IMG/VR virus record: IMGVR_UViG_3300037067_001693
Length of the DNA stretch: 64,000 nt
Source of the DNA: an uncultured virus (IMG/VR IMGVR_UViG_3300037067_001693)
Lineage: Duplodnaviria; Heunggongvirae; Uroviricota; Caudoviricetes
Direction: 5' to 3' (one strand)
Each line of letters starts with the position of its first letter. Within the stretch, counting starts at the first letter, position 1. A program made the translations under genes and the position numbers. This document shows positions 39,028-48,844 of the stretch, in pieces. The notes beneath the pieces were generated by a model. It was given only the letters and a program-made list of their open reading frames with translations, ran no database searches and was not told the origin of the DNA.

Positions 39028-39303
39028 TTATTTAATTGTTGCAAGCAATTGTTTAGCAGACACATACTTAATATTTCTATTTATCTTGGCCTCTGTACTG
39101 TGCATACGAAGCAGCAATGTTTCCATATTACTCTTAACATAAAGCATGTATGCATCAGTATCAATATACTGATTACTAAGCTTTGCTACGATTTCATTAA
39201 TTGCTTCGTGATATGAAGTTAGTTCTTCAATAATAGCAAGCCTTCGTTCTTCTGCTCTTTTAAGATTTATAGAGTTAAATAAATCTCCAGGTTCATTTGG
39301 CAT
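39028..39303 (-). CDS. hypothetical coiled-coil protein
   Basis: ORF in the early-gene run. Confidence 0.5.
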   Translation of the reverse strand: MPNEPGDLFNSINLKRAEERRLAIIEELTSYHEAINEIVAKLSNQYIDTDAYMLYVKSNMETLLLRMHSTEAKINRNIKYVSAKQLLATIK

Positions 39304-39306
39304 GAC

Positions 39307-39666
39307 TTAATCTTCCATTTCATTTAAAGTTTTTTCTATTTCCTCTGCGGAAATACCATCCTTCTCCATAAGCATTCGCATCCTGCTCTTTTCATCAGAT
39401 TCTTTAACTATTGGAGTGAGAATGCCATCTTCTAAAAAATAACAGGTTTCCTGGCCTCGGGGGAATAGCTCAACAAAATACTCCCCATCAACTTCCTTTT
39501 TTCTTATCCCTACCAGAGCAGCCATAAACTCAGGTAGCTTTCCTCTCTTATAAAACAGCGAAGTCCTTTTGGATTCCTGGTTCTCCTTTGAGGAGCACGA
39601 AATCAATAGACTCCTATTAGTATTTCCGGTCTTGATTGACTCAAGGAATTTCTCTATATGCTGCAT
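39307..39666 (-). CDS. hypothetical protein (paralog of 28518..28925)
   Basis: RBS GAGGTG; first gene after a promoter. Confidence 0.6.
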   Translation of the reverse strand: MQHIEKFLESIKTGNTNRSLLISCSSKENQESKRTSLFYKRGKLPEFMAALVGIRKKEVDGEYFVELFPRGQETCYFLEDGILTPIVKESDEKSRMRMLMEKDGISAEEIEKTLNEMED

Positions 39667-39735
39667 TATCTTTTCACCTCTCAATTGTTAAGTTATCGTG
39701 GTCGGGGGTTGAGGTTCTCCAACCTTGTTAAAAAC

Positions 39736-39764
39736 AGCATACCACGTTTTTTGTTAGAACACAA
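39736..39764 (-). promoter_or_regulatory. sigma70-type promoter
   Basis: TTGTGT-17 bp-TATGCT with extended -10 TG. Confidence 0.55.
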
Positions 39765-39834
39765 GCTAAATATGTTAGAAATTGTAATTATTTTAATATC
39801 TGTAAATTGTATGTTGTTTTGCTGTATGTAGTAA

Positions 39835-40133
39835 AATTGTATGTTGTAACATGTAACCTGTATGGCTAGGGGGTGTCGTAGTAATTTACAGTGTTCTCGT
39901 TTAGCTTACTTACATTAAGTATCGTCCAATTGTTGGATGGTTCTCGTTGTTGGGTATTATTAGTCTATCTCTTCTTAGTCTATTTTTTTTTTATAATTTT
40001 TTTTTCTAAAGAACAGACAGTGAACTAATTAAAACATAAAGACTTACCTAATTCAATTACCTTAAAAACCAAAGACTGGAAATTACTACGGCATGTCCTA
40101 GTGATACTGGTTACAAATTACAACGTACAAATT
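39835..40133. repeat. 58-bp imperfect inverted repeat around a T-rich core; candidate replication origin
   Basis: Arms 39835-39892 and 40075-40133 match at about 46/58 positions; core holds palindrome 39923-39939 and T-tract 39981-40005. Confidence 0.6.
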
Positions 40134-40162
40134 ACAATTTAATACTGGAGGAACTAACACAG

Positions 40163-40199
40163 AAAAACCTCAGTTCTTTAATAGCAACTGAGGTCTTTT
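40163..40199 (-). terminator. intrinsic (possibly bidirectional) terminator
   Basis: ACCTCAGTT/AACTGAGGT stem with T-runs on both strands. Confidence 0.7.
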
Positions 40200-40831
40200 A
40201 AGGTTAGCACTCCTGCACTGCTTCGATCAGTCCGTCCAGTGTTGAGATGGTCTCGAAGACGAGGTCAGTCTCTTCGTCTGATTCAGTCCCCTTCACCAAG
40301 AAGTCTTGGATGAGGGAGGTTATGATTCGCTCGCTGGTCTCTATGATTTGCTGGTTGAGTTCTGGCATTAGTTTTCTCCTTACATTAAGCTGATAAGAAT
40401 GTAAAATGCTGCGAAGATTACTGCCAATAGGCAGTAGTCTCCTACTACTCGCTTGAGCATCTTGTTGTCTCCTTTCTTGTATTACGCTACTATGCTTGGT
40501 AACTAACCAGCGTTGGCTTGACCACGTATCTATCGAAACCCCCAGAGTGCGGAATTGGACGAAACTTACACTTCTTTATTCGTGCTTATATATAATATGT
40601 TCTTCATAGCACTGCCAAGCTATTGGAGTCGCTAATATTGTGTATATGGTTCTTCCGTTGAACACCTCAACCTTTTCTATTGTTCCCATGACCGGAGTCT
40701 TAAAGGTAACAATATCTCCTACTTTATACTCTGGCATTTCTTTGTCTCCTTTCTTGTTTGTCAGATACGTCCATTAATTGGACGATACTGGGTGTTTTGA
40801 ATTATGCTGTCCACGATGCCTCCCAGGTTAA

Positions 40832-41356
40832 TTAACCGTTGATTTCCTGCTCGAACTCTGCGAGCTTCGCTTTCTGCTCCACTGTCATCGGCAGCCCCAA
40901 AAGCTTCATTGCTGCCAGTTGTTTGTAATCGAACGAGGTCTTCAGTTCTTTGACCTTGGCCTTCATGATAGCCGTGTCCGGGTCTGCTGTTGCGTTTACC
41001 CTGGCAGGTCGTGTTCCTGCATTGATATGGCCTTCCAGTTCTCTACGTTTGGCGAGGCAGTCAATCCTGTACATATCCTCACCCTCGGGAGTCTTGTTGT
41101 AATCGCCCTTTTTGATGCTGGTCGTACAGTCCTGCAGGTCGTCAATAAATCCCTTCAGGCAGAACAACAGGATTTCATCGGGAATTGGCTGAATTTCAGC
41201 AAGCTCGGCAATTTCCTTCTCATACCTATTGTAGGTAAACTTGTGTCCACCGAAGGCAACAACAGTCATGGTCTTTGTGTCATAAACATGACTGGCCTTT
41301 TTGCGCTCTGCAATAACCTGCGCCGCTACTTCGGATGTGATTCCGTTTGTTTCCAT
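40832..41356 (-). CDS. first early gene, hypothetical (paralog of 27320..27727)
   Basis: RBS AAAGGAG; bracketed by a 25-bp inverted repeat. Confidence 0.7.
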   Translation of the reverse strand: METNGITSEVAAQVIAERKKASHVYDTKTMTVVAFGGHKFTYNRYEKEIAELAEIQPIPDEILLFCLKGFIDDLQDCTTSIKKGDYNKTPEGEDMYRIDCLAKRRELEGHINAGTRPARVNATADPDTAIMKAKVKELKTSFDYKQLAAMKLLGLPMTVEQKAKLAEFEQEING

Positions 41357-42342
41357 TTTGTGTCTCCTTTATCAATATAGATGATATGGGAGGCATTACG
41401 GAAAGCATAATCCATTTTCATTATATGCCGTATCCGCTGGCACGTTATACGGTTTGTCAATGAACAGGTTTTTGTGATATCGAATCAGGCTAATAACCAT
41501 ATTCACCTGGAGGAATAAACCTCGTCCACCAAAAACCTGGCCGGTAATGTTTCCCGGTTAATTATATACATTGCGAGGTCCGTGCCAAAAGCTCCAATGT
41601 GACGAAATAAATAAACATAAACAATATCAACAGGTTAGACGTTATATCAATAATGACACAGGTTCATGTCAATATGGTCAGGCAATGAATGTCGAATGTT
41701 ATGTCAACTTCAACAATAAACATAACAATATCAACACGTTACGAGGTGGCAATAAATGTCGAACCTTCGACAATAATGTCGAGGCTGTATAACGGTGGTT
41801 CATGTCAATGCTGGCGTCAATAAACCTGTCCCAAACTGCAGGGCGTCAATATACTGACATATGTTAGGTATGGCATAACAACATCTTCCCCAATGGACAG
41901 ACCCCCCCCCCATGAGCCCCCATACCACCCCTATGACTGTTGAAAGACGAGCTCCTTTTTATACAAAAGGTATTTTTTAACTTGGACCTTAGACCAATCA
42001 ACCATTAAGATTGGTCCAAAGATTGGACGAAACTGATTTGGTATCCCATTCCAGCGACCCTCAATCACTATTGGAATTCAGAATGGACCTGCCGCTCTAC
42101 ACAGAAAGTTAAAAATTTTAACTTGGACTGACTCACCTTATCAAATAATATTAGAATGAAAACGAGCCTCAGCACCAATCTTTCTTCGTTGGTGTATTAC
42201 GGGTCACTTGGAAAGAGATCGTGTCACCACGGTCAATTCTGGGCGTTGTACGGGGTGTTTTGAACGAGTCCTAACGTGTTGATTTCGTTGGGTTTTTATG
42301 ATTTTAGTAGAAATATATTCTGTGTTTCTTGACAGAAAAAGA

Positions 42343-42371
42343 TTGACTTCTGAAATTATTTGTGATACGGT
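42343..42371 (+). promoter_or_regulatory. possible promoter for the virion/packaging arm
   Basis: TTGACT-17 bp-TACGGT with extended TG. Confidence 0.4.
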
Positions 42372-42426
42372 AGTTTAGATCATGAGTGTAGTGTACTTTG
42401 TTGTTAGAATGTAAGGGGAGTTTTTG

Positions 42427-44274
42427 ATGGGAATCGCCTCCACCATAGTTAAGAACCTCGCATCTGAGACTGCCCCGACCTTTGGCAAGTTTGTCGAAGA
42501 ACAGCCTGGACTGTTCTCCAAACTGGCAGATGTGGTGAGAGGAACTAACTTTGGTAAGATGGACTCGAGGCAGTTGAATAAGACCTTGTTGAACAAAGGT
42601 GTGACTGTTGACGAGGTTGGAGATACCTTGGGCGGGTTGAGTGGGACTGTGTCTAGGCAACAGGTTGTGGATAGGATTGGGGAAAGAGGAATTAAGACTG
42701 AGGATGTTGTGCTTGGTGCTCCTGAAAGAACATTAAATCCTGTCTCCGCAGAGACACTTGATAGTAAGTTTGAGGAGTTTTTTAAGGATGCGTATGACAA
42801 TCTTAAGTCTGTAGGCACTTACAGTGACTTAGAAGCACAACAGTTTGCTCAAGAACAGGCCAGGCATAACATCATGCGTTGGAAGGATATTAACCATCCG
42901 ACTGAACTTACAAAACCAACCCACTACTCAACCTGGGTAGCCCCCGGAGCCAAGGAAGGTTCCTATCGGGAGATGTTTGTTACGGCTCCTTCTGTTGGTA
43001 AAGATGATAAGTATCTTCAGTTCACAAAAGGATTACAAGACATAGATAATATGATGTTACCTGCGCGAGAACGTATTGCAAGTCAGCAACGTTTACAGGA
43101 ACATCTTGGTATTACGGATGAACTGGCAACTGACTATATGTCTAATGATATCAAAGGGCAATGGAAAGACGGTCACACTCCTTACAACAACATCCAGAAC
43201 CCCATTGTCCGAATTCGCTTTAATGATAGAATAATAGGAGGTAACTCTGTAGCTGAGAATCGACTCGAAGAAGTTAAGAAGCAGATGGATGGCATGTTGG
43301 AAGGTAAAGGTAATACGGAGTCACTTGCGACATACGATACTCCTGAGTGGACGCAACTAGTGAGTGAGTACAACAAATTACAGGGTAGCAAGTCTTTAGA
43401 TCTTGGAAAGAAGAAGATTCTCTTTGTTGAGGAGATTCAGGGACCGCAGGGAGATCAGAAGTATTCCTTCTTAGGACCAAATACAGACGGATCAAAGTGG
43501 GGTTCGACTGTACATAAGTTTGATACAAAAGAAGAGGCACTTTTAGCAGCAAAGAAATTTGGTGTGCCTCCGACTGCTGTTGAGAAAGTCATTGAAGGTG
43601 AGCAAGGCAAGATGCCTCCTGCCCTTCAAGAACGTATCTACGACATCGGAGTGAAACGGATTCTGGCTTATGCTAAAGAGAATGGGTATGATGGAGTTGC
43701 TTGGACGCCGGGGAAAATGCAGGCGGATAGGTATTCTTTGGCGAAGCAACTTGACACTGTGCAGGTAAGTAAGTTCGGTTATAAAGATAATTACCACTAT
43801 CAAATTAATGGACTTAAAGGCGGAGAACGTGTGATTCAGCAGGATGTACCCAAGGAAAAATTGGCTGATACAGTGGGAAAAACCTTAGCTGCTAAAATTA
43901 TTGTTGATACAGACAAGCAAGAAATTGGATCATTTATAAAATATGAAGGTCTCGACCTCGAGATAGGTGGGGAGGGTCTGAAGAGTCTGTATGACGTAAG
44001 GATTCCGAGTCTGTTTAAGAAGTATGGAAAGGCTGAGGTTGGAGAACTTGATTTATCTCATTCTGTTGCTCCTGGAGAAGGTGAGGTTTTTTCCCAGCAC
44101 TTTAAAAAGAAGTTAGAAAATATGAAGGTCCCTTTCATCCCCATTACCCGTCAGACTCCATCCCGCTACCCCATCTACGGACTTGCCCCTCTGACTGCCC
44201 TTGGCATCGGCGCTAATCAGTTTGGTCCTCAGTACTTTAAGGATAACCAAACTGCACAACCGAGGGGGTTCTAA
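42427..44274 (+). CDS. polyvalent-protein-like domain protein (possible GNAT-like fold)
   Basis: PG...YREM, ILFVEEIQ, KRILAYAKENGYDGVAWTPG..QADRY, GEGLKSLYD motifs of the kind seen in large phage ejected proteins. Confidence 0.5.
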   Translation: MGIASTIVKNLASETAPTFGKFVEEQPGLFSKLADVVRGTNFGKMDSRQLNKTLLNKGVTVDEVGDTLGGLSGTVSRQQVVDRIGERGIKTEDVVLGAPERTLNPVSAETLDSKFEEFFKDAYDNLKSVGTYSDLEAQQFAQEQARHNIMRWKDINHPTELTKPTHYSTWVAPGAKEGSYREMFVTAPSVGKDDKYLQFTKGLQDIDNMMLPARERIASQQRLQEHLGITDELATDYMSNDIKGQWKDGHTPYNNIQNPIVRIRFNDRIIGGNSVAENRLEEVKKQMDGMLEGKGNTESLATYDTPEWTQLVSEYNKLQGSKSLDLGKKKILFVEEIQGPQGDQKYSFLGPNTDGSKWGSTVHKFDTKEEALLAAKKFGVPPTAVEKVIEGEQGKMPPALQERIYDIGVKRILAYAKENGYDGVAWTPGKMQADRYSLAKQLDTVQVSKFGYKDNYHYQINGLKGGERVIQQDVPKEKLADTVGKTLAAKIIVDTDKQEIGSFIKYEGLDLEIGGEGLKSLYDVRIPSLFKKYGKAEVGELDLSHSVAPGEGEVFSQHFKKKLENMKVPFIPITRQTPSRYPIYGLAPLTALGIGANQFGPQYFKDNQTAQPRGF

Positions 44275-44275
44275 G

Positions 44276-44734
44276 ATGGGACGACCCAAGAAGGAACTGG
44301 ATTTGGATATCCTCTTTGACTTTGCTTCGCAGGGTATGATCCAGAAGGATCAAGCGAAGGAACTTGGAATCTCAATCCCGACCCTCACTAAGCGGATTGC
44401 GGACATCCAGTCCAAACATGATTTGATCCTCCAGTATCGTACCTTGCAGTCCTTGCAGTTGACTGAATTGCAGGCTCGGGTGTTGGAGGCAATAACCCCC
44501 GACAAGATTGAGGAAGCAGGCCTTAAGGATCTCGTACTTTGCTACAAAATATTGAAGGACAAAGAGTTGGTGGTCGAGGGGAAACCTACGGAAATAAAAG
44601 GATTAGTAGCTCATTTGATCCATTTAGAGCAACAGGAGATGGCATCTGCAAAAACTCCTTTACTTCCTGCATGTTTCGAGGAAGGTGAGTTTGAAGATCT
44701 TAATGAAGGTGATAAGATACCAGAATTAATATAG
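44276..44734 (+). CDS. putative terminase small subunit (N-terminal HTH)
   Basis: MGRPKK...QKDQAKELGISIPTL; upstream of TerL. Confidence 0.65.
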   Translation: MGRPKKELDLDILFDFASQGMIQKDQAKELGISIPTLTKRIADIQSKHDLILQYRTLQSLQLTELQARVLEAITPDKIEEAGLKDLVLCYKILKDKELVVEGKPTEIKGLVAHLIHLEQQEMASAKTPLLPACFEEGEFEDLNEGDKIPELI

Positions 44735-44794
44735 GCAGGGAGACTGACCTTATCTTTGGAGCGCTTCCTTTGGAAGCTAAAAGGAGATTAAAGA

Positions 44795-45097
44795 ATGGAA
44801 AAGAGAAAAGAGTTTAACATGACTGAAGATACTGCAACAATACTTCGAGTATTTTCAGAATTAGCAAATGAAATACTTTGTGGTGGCGCTTATAAGGTAA
44901 CAAAGTTTGTTAGTCCAAAGTTGACTATTAAGGCCACTAGAAAAAGGTATGGGAAGAAGGTCTGGCATGATGAGAAACAAACTCAGATCATGTTTACAAT
45001 CGGACCTCCTAACTATGAAGAGCGGGAGATGTTGAAGAGGGCAAAGAAGGTTAGCAGTGCGTCTGTTGACTTAGTTATCAAACACGAGAAGAAATAG
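44795..45097 (+). CDS. hypothetical protein inserted between TerS and TerL
   Basis: Own RBS AAAGGAG; flanked by a 13-bp inverted repeat. Confidence 0.6.
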   Translation: MEKRKEFNMTEDTATILRVFSELANEILCGGAYKVTKFVSPKLTIKATRKRYGKKVWHDEKQTQIMFTIGPPNYEEREMLKRAKKVSSASVDLVIKHEKK

Positions 45098-45235
45098 TTA
45101 AGGCATCTCCCTGCCTATTTAAAGGTGTATATTATGTTAGGATTTCCCAATAAAAACGAATTAATCTTTGTGTTGCTTACATTGTTTTCATTTTGTGTTG
45201 CTTCTGCTTTTATCATATACAACTGGATTAATTAA

Positions 45236-47728
45236 ATGGTAGAACTGAATAAAGGAGTTTTGAAGAAATTGCAGGAGTGGAAGAACAGTCCACTTCAGTT
45301 TGTGGCAGACTGTATCCAGGTTACACCTTCAGAGCAACAGATCGAACTCCTTATGGCTGTCAAAGATAACAAGCGTATTTCTGTTCATTCAGGACACGGT
45401 TGTTTTGCTAGAGGTACAGTTGTGCATATGTATCCTTACGGATACAAAAATGTTGAAGACATCGAAATAGGAGACTTGGTTATGGGAGACGATAGTACTC
45501 CCAGGGAAGTTCTCGAGTTGTACCAAGGAGTAGCTCCTATGTATCGAATACAATACAGTGACGGTACTTATTATGATGTTAATGAGGCACATTCACTTGT
45601 ATTACGACGTGATGATATAAACAGAGAGATACTTATACAACCCAAAGAATTTATGGTGTTGAATGATTCATTCAAAAGTCATTATAAAGGATATAGAGTT
45701 GGTATTAAATATGACTATTTCCCTGTTGCTATCCCACCATATATTCTAGGTTTGTGGCTTGGCGACGGGTCAGCAAATGATACTACATTAACTAATATAG
45801 AACCTGAAATACTTAGGATTTGGGATATGTTTGCGCAAACAAATGGAATGGTATCTCAAAAGACAACTAAGAATGATATTTCGTATCGTATTGATAGTGT
45901 TAATGGCGAAGAAAATCTATTTCTTACCTACCTTAAAGGGTATAAATTGTGGAAGAATAAACATATACCTAAGGAGTATTTGTATAATTCACTGGAAATA
46001 CGACTACAGGTATTGGCAGGATTAATAGATACTGACGGATGTTTACCTGATAAAGAAAACCATTTTTACATGATATCGCAATCTAATAAAGAGTTAGCTT
46101 ATAATATAGTAACACTTGCTAGATCGTGTGGAATACATACTACTATTAATATAAGATCTACTGAGTTTCCTAACAAAAATGGTATAAAAGTAGAAGGTAA
46201 AATGTCTTATCAGATTGCACTATCTAGGAATGTGAGTAGAATTCCAGTTAAGGTAGAACATAAGATACTTTCACGAAAGATAAAAAAGAGAATTACAGGA
46301 CTAGGTAATGCAGTAACTGTAATTAGTTTAGGTACGGGCAGTTACTTTGGATTTAAGACAGATGGTAATCATAAATTTGTTCTTGGTGATTTTAGTGTTG
46401 TGCATAACTGCGGCAAAGATGCCTGTGTATCATGGATAGCACTTTGGTTTTTGGTAACAAGACCATTTTCTAAAGTTCCAGTTACTGCACCAACAGCTCA
46501 CCAATTAAGTGATATCTTTATGGCAGAAACTGCTAAATGGTTACGTCGATCTGTACTAGCAGATGAATTTGTCATGCTCAAGGACAAGATTTTTCAGAAG
46601 GATAATCCTAAAGACTGGTGGTTAAGAACAATATCTGTATCTGCACGTGCAAGTAAAGATGAACAAGCCGAAACCTTAGCTGGTCTCCATGCTGATCATT
46701 TGCTGATAATTGCTGATGAGGCATCTGGTATTCCTGATCCTGTATTTATACCTTTAGAGGGCGCACTTACGCAGGCAGATAATAAGGTTATTCTTATAGG
46801 AAATGTCACAAGAGGTCAAGGTTACTTTTATGATACTCATTATCATAATTCTATTCGACAGGATTGGTTAAAACTACGTTGGGATTCCCGAAAGAGTACT
46901 AATGTCGATCCATCTTATCCTGACTACATGGCAAGAAAGTATGGGATTAACTCTAACATTTACAGAATACGTGTTGAAGGATTACCTCCTCTGGCAGATG
47001 ATACAACCCTTATTCCCCTTTACACTGCGGAACAGTGTATTGGAAACGAGTTCGATGTGGCAGATGATGAACCCTTGTATTTAGGTGTGGATGTTGCTCG
47101 GTTCGGATCAGATGATTCGGTTATACTGCCAAGAAGAGGTAATCTTATTAGTCCTTGGGAAAGGTTCAACGGATTGAACACTATCTCTTTGGGAGGATTT
47201 ATCCTTCAGTCCTACCAGGAAATGGAAGCAGCTGGTTGCGCAATAGACGTAATTGGTGTTGGAGCTGGTGTTTCAGACTGGTTGTTTAAACACAATCTGC
47301 GAAACCTATATCAGGTGAATGTTACCGAGGCATCCATTGGACTGGAAAAGTTTGATCGTTTAAGGGATCAACTTTGGTGTGCTGTGCGGGATAAGTGTGC
47401 TTTGGGAATATACAGTTTTCCTGACGTAAAGAATCCCGACGACACAGAGTCTTTGGGCCAACAACTGGCTAATGAACTTGGTTCTGTTAGATATGACTTT
47501 AACTCCCACGGCGGGATTAAGGTAGAGTCGAAGAAAGAACTTAAGGCACGGGGCATAGCGTCACCTAATATTGCGGATGCTTTGTGTCTGTCTGAATACT
47601 TTTCTAACATCTCTACCAAAGTGTTTAAGAAGGCGAGACCCGAAAAAAGTAAGGTGATTAGACCTTGGCAGTTTAATAGAAGTAAGGGATCTGGACGAGT
47701 TCGTTCGCAAAGATGGATGGCGGTATGA
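45236..47728 (+). CDS. terL: terminase large subunit containing an intein
   Basis: Spliced Walker A SGHG|CGKD; TAPT; Walker B IIADEASG; IGN; RNase H-like GVDVARFGSD; SPNIADAL. Confidence 0.92.
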   Translation: MVELNKGVLKKLQEWKNSPLQFVADCIQVTPSEQQIELLMAVKDNKRISVHSGHGCFARGTVVHMYPYGYKNVEDIEIGDLVMGDDSTPREVLELYQGVAPMYRIQYSDGTYYDVNEAHSLVLRRDDINREILIQPKEFMVLNDSFKSHYKGYRVGIKYDYFPVAIPPYILGLWLGDGSANDTTLTNIEPEILRIWDMFAQTNGMVSQKTTKNDISYRIDSVNGEENLFLTYLKGYKLWKNKHIPKEYLYNSLEIRLQVLAGLIDTDGCLPDKENHFYMISQSNKELAYNIVTLARSCGIHTTINIRSTEFPNKNGIKVEGKMSYQIALSRNVSRIPVKVEHKILSRKIKKRITGLGNAVTVISLGTGSYFGFKTDGNHKFVLGDFSVVHNCGKDACVSWIALWFLVTRPFSKVPVTAPTAHQLSDIFMAETAKWLRRSVLADEFVMLKDKIFQKDNPKDWWLRTISVSARASKDEQAETLAGLHADHLLIIADEASGIPDPVFIPLEGALTQADNKVILIGNVTRGQGYFYDTHYHNSIRQDWLKLRWDSRKSTNVDPSYPDYMARKYGINSNIYRIRVEGLPPLADDTTLIPLYTAEQCIGNEFDVADDEPLYLGVDVARFGSDDSVILPRRGNLISPWERFNGLNTISLGGFILQSYQEMEAAGCAIDVIGVGAGVSDWLFKHNLRNLYQVNVTEASIGLEKFDRLRDQLWCAVRDKCALGIYSFPDVKNPDDTESLGQQLANELGSVRYDFNSHGGIKVESKKELKARGIASPNIADALCLSEYFSNISTKVFKKARPEKSKVIRPWQFNRSKGSGRVRSQRWMAV
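45401..46408 (+). mobile_element. intein with LAGLIDADG homing endonuclease (336 aa)
   Basis: Starts CFARGT, ends VVHN before Cys; LGLWLGDG and LAGLIDTDG. Confidence 0.93.
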
Positions 47729-48384
47729 TAGTATTTCCTTATAAGTGGAAACAACAGATTCCTACACAAGAATATATTTATAGTATTTTACTTGAGGTAC
47801 TTGATGATATTCCTTGCTATAATCTTTCACTTTCTGGTGGTATTGATTCAGTACTTTTACTGTGTGCGCTTAAGGAAGTGGGAAAAGATGTAACTTGTTA
47901 TACTACAGCAATGTGTGAGGATCATCCTGATGTTTTTTACTCTCGTTTAGCAGCAAAATTTTTTGGTGTAAAGCATGTTGTGTTTTATAGTAAAGATGAT
48001 AAACCTGTGTATAAGACATTTTATGACGAACTTATAAGATATGAAGTTACTTCTATTATAGCAGGAGATGGTGTAGATGAGTATATGGGAGGCTACTATG
48101 ATCATACTAAATACTTGTCACATGCGGTATATTACCACTATTTAAGTAGGTTAATACCTGATCATTTATCTATATTAGACAATGAATCAGGTAGTGTAGA
48201 TGTATACCTACCTTATCTCGATGAAAATTTAGTTGGTCTTATGTCACGTATTCCACTTCATGATAAAATAGCTACTGGCAGTAGGAAAAGAATAATGAAT
48301 ACTATAGCGCAGGGCAAAATACCTGAGGATATAATAAATAGAAACAAATATGGTTTCTGTGATATTTGGAGAATAAAATGCTGA
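47725..48384 (+). CDS. asparagine-synthetase-like ATP pyrophosphatase (synthetase domain only)
   Basis: LSLSGGIDS PP-loop; GDGVDEYMGGY; LPYLD; IINRNKYGF. Confidence 0.75.
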   Translation: MIVFPYKWKQQIPTQEYIYSILLEVLDDIPCYNLSLSGGIDSVLLLCALKEVGKDVTCYTTAMCEDHPDVFYSRLAAKFFGVKHVVFYSKDDKPVYKTFYDELIRYEVTSIIAGDGVDEYMGGYYDHTKYLSHAVYYHYLSRLIPDHLSILDNESGSVDVYLPYLDENLVGLMSRIPLHDKIATGSRKRIMNTIAQGKIPEDIINRNKYGFCDIWRIKC

Positions 48385-48791
48385 ACAGTGATCGTACTTA
48401 TAATTCAGTATTGCAGTATTTTCACAACTATGAGCATGATCCAGAGGGCTTAACTCATTGTCGTGGACCTGAAAATAATCCTTATAGGATTGTGCATTAT
48501 AAAGGTGATCACATTATAAATGTAAAAGCAGCAAGAGGTCATGGAAAGGGAAATATTCCACAATGGTTTAAGTTTACTGAAAGAAGTGGTTCGGGTTGGA
48601 AACTTTCTTCAGGAGAAAAGGTTGATAATAGTACTTTAACAAAAGAAGATAAAACAAAATTATATTTTAATATCAATGACAGTGCTCCCATGCGAATACT
48701 TAAAGCAATGAATAGTACAAAGGAACATGAAAATGCCTTAGATTCACTTAAAGTACTTAAACCTATACCAGTAGCTAAACCGAAAGTATAA
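48378..48791 (+). CDS. hypothetical protein
   Basis: ORF overlapping the upstream stop, RBS GGAG. Confidence 0.5.
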   Translation: MLNSDRTYNSVLQYFHNYEHDPEGLTHCRGPENNPYRIVHYKGDHIINVKAARGHGKGNIPQWFKFTERSGSGWKLSSGEKVDNSTLTKEDKTKLYFNINDSAPMRILKAMNSTKEHENALDSLKVLKPIPVAKPKV

Positions 48792-48844
48792 TAAGACCCG
48801 TCCAATAAATGTACGATACTTGAAAACATAACAGGAGAGAGGCA

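Noticed and set aside
41455..41850. Tandem sigma70 promoters from several minus-strand TTGACA
   Set aside because: The copies I checked have no good -10 element at 16-18 bp spacing
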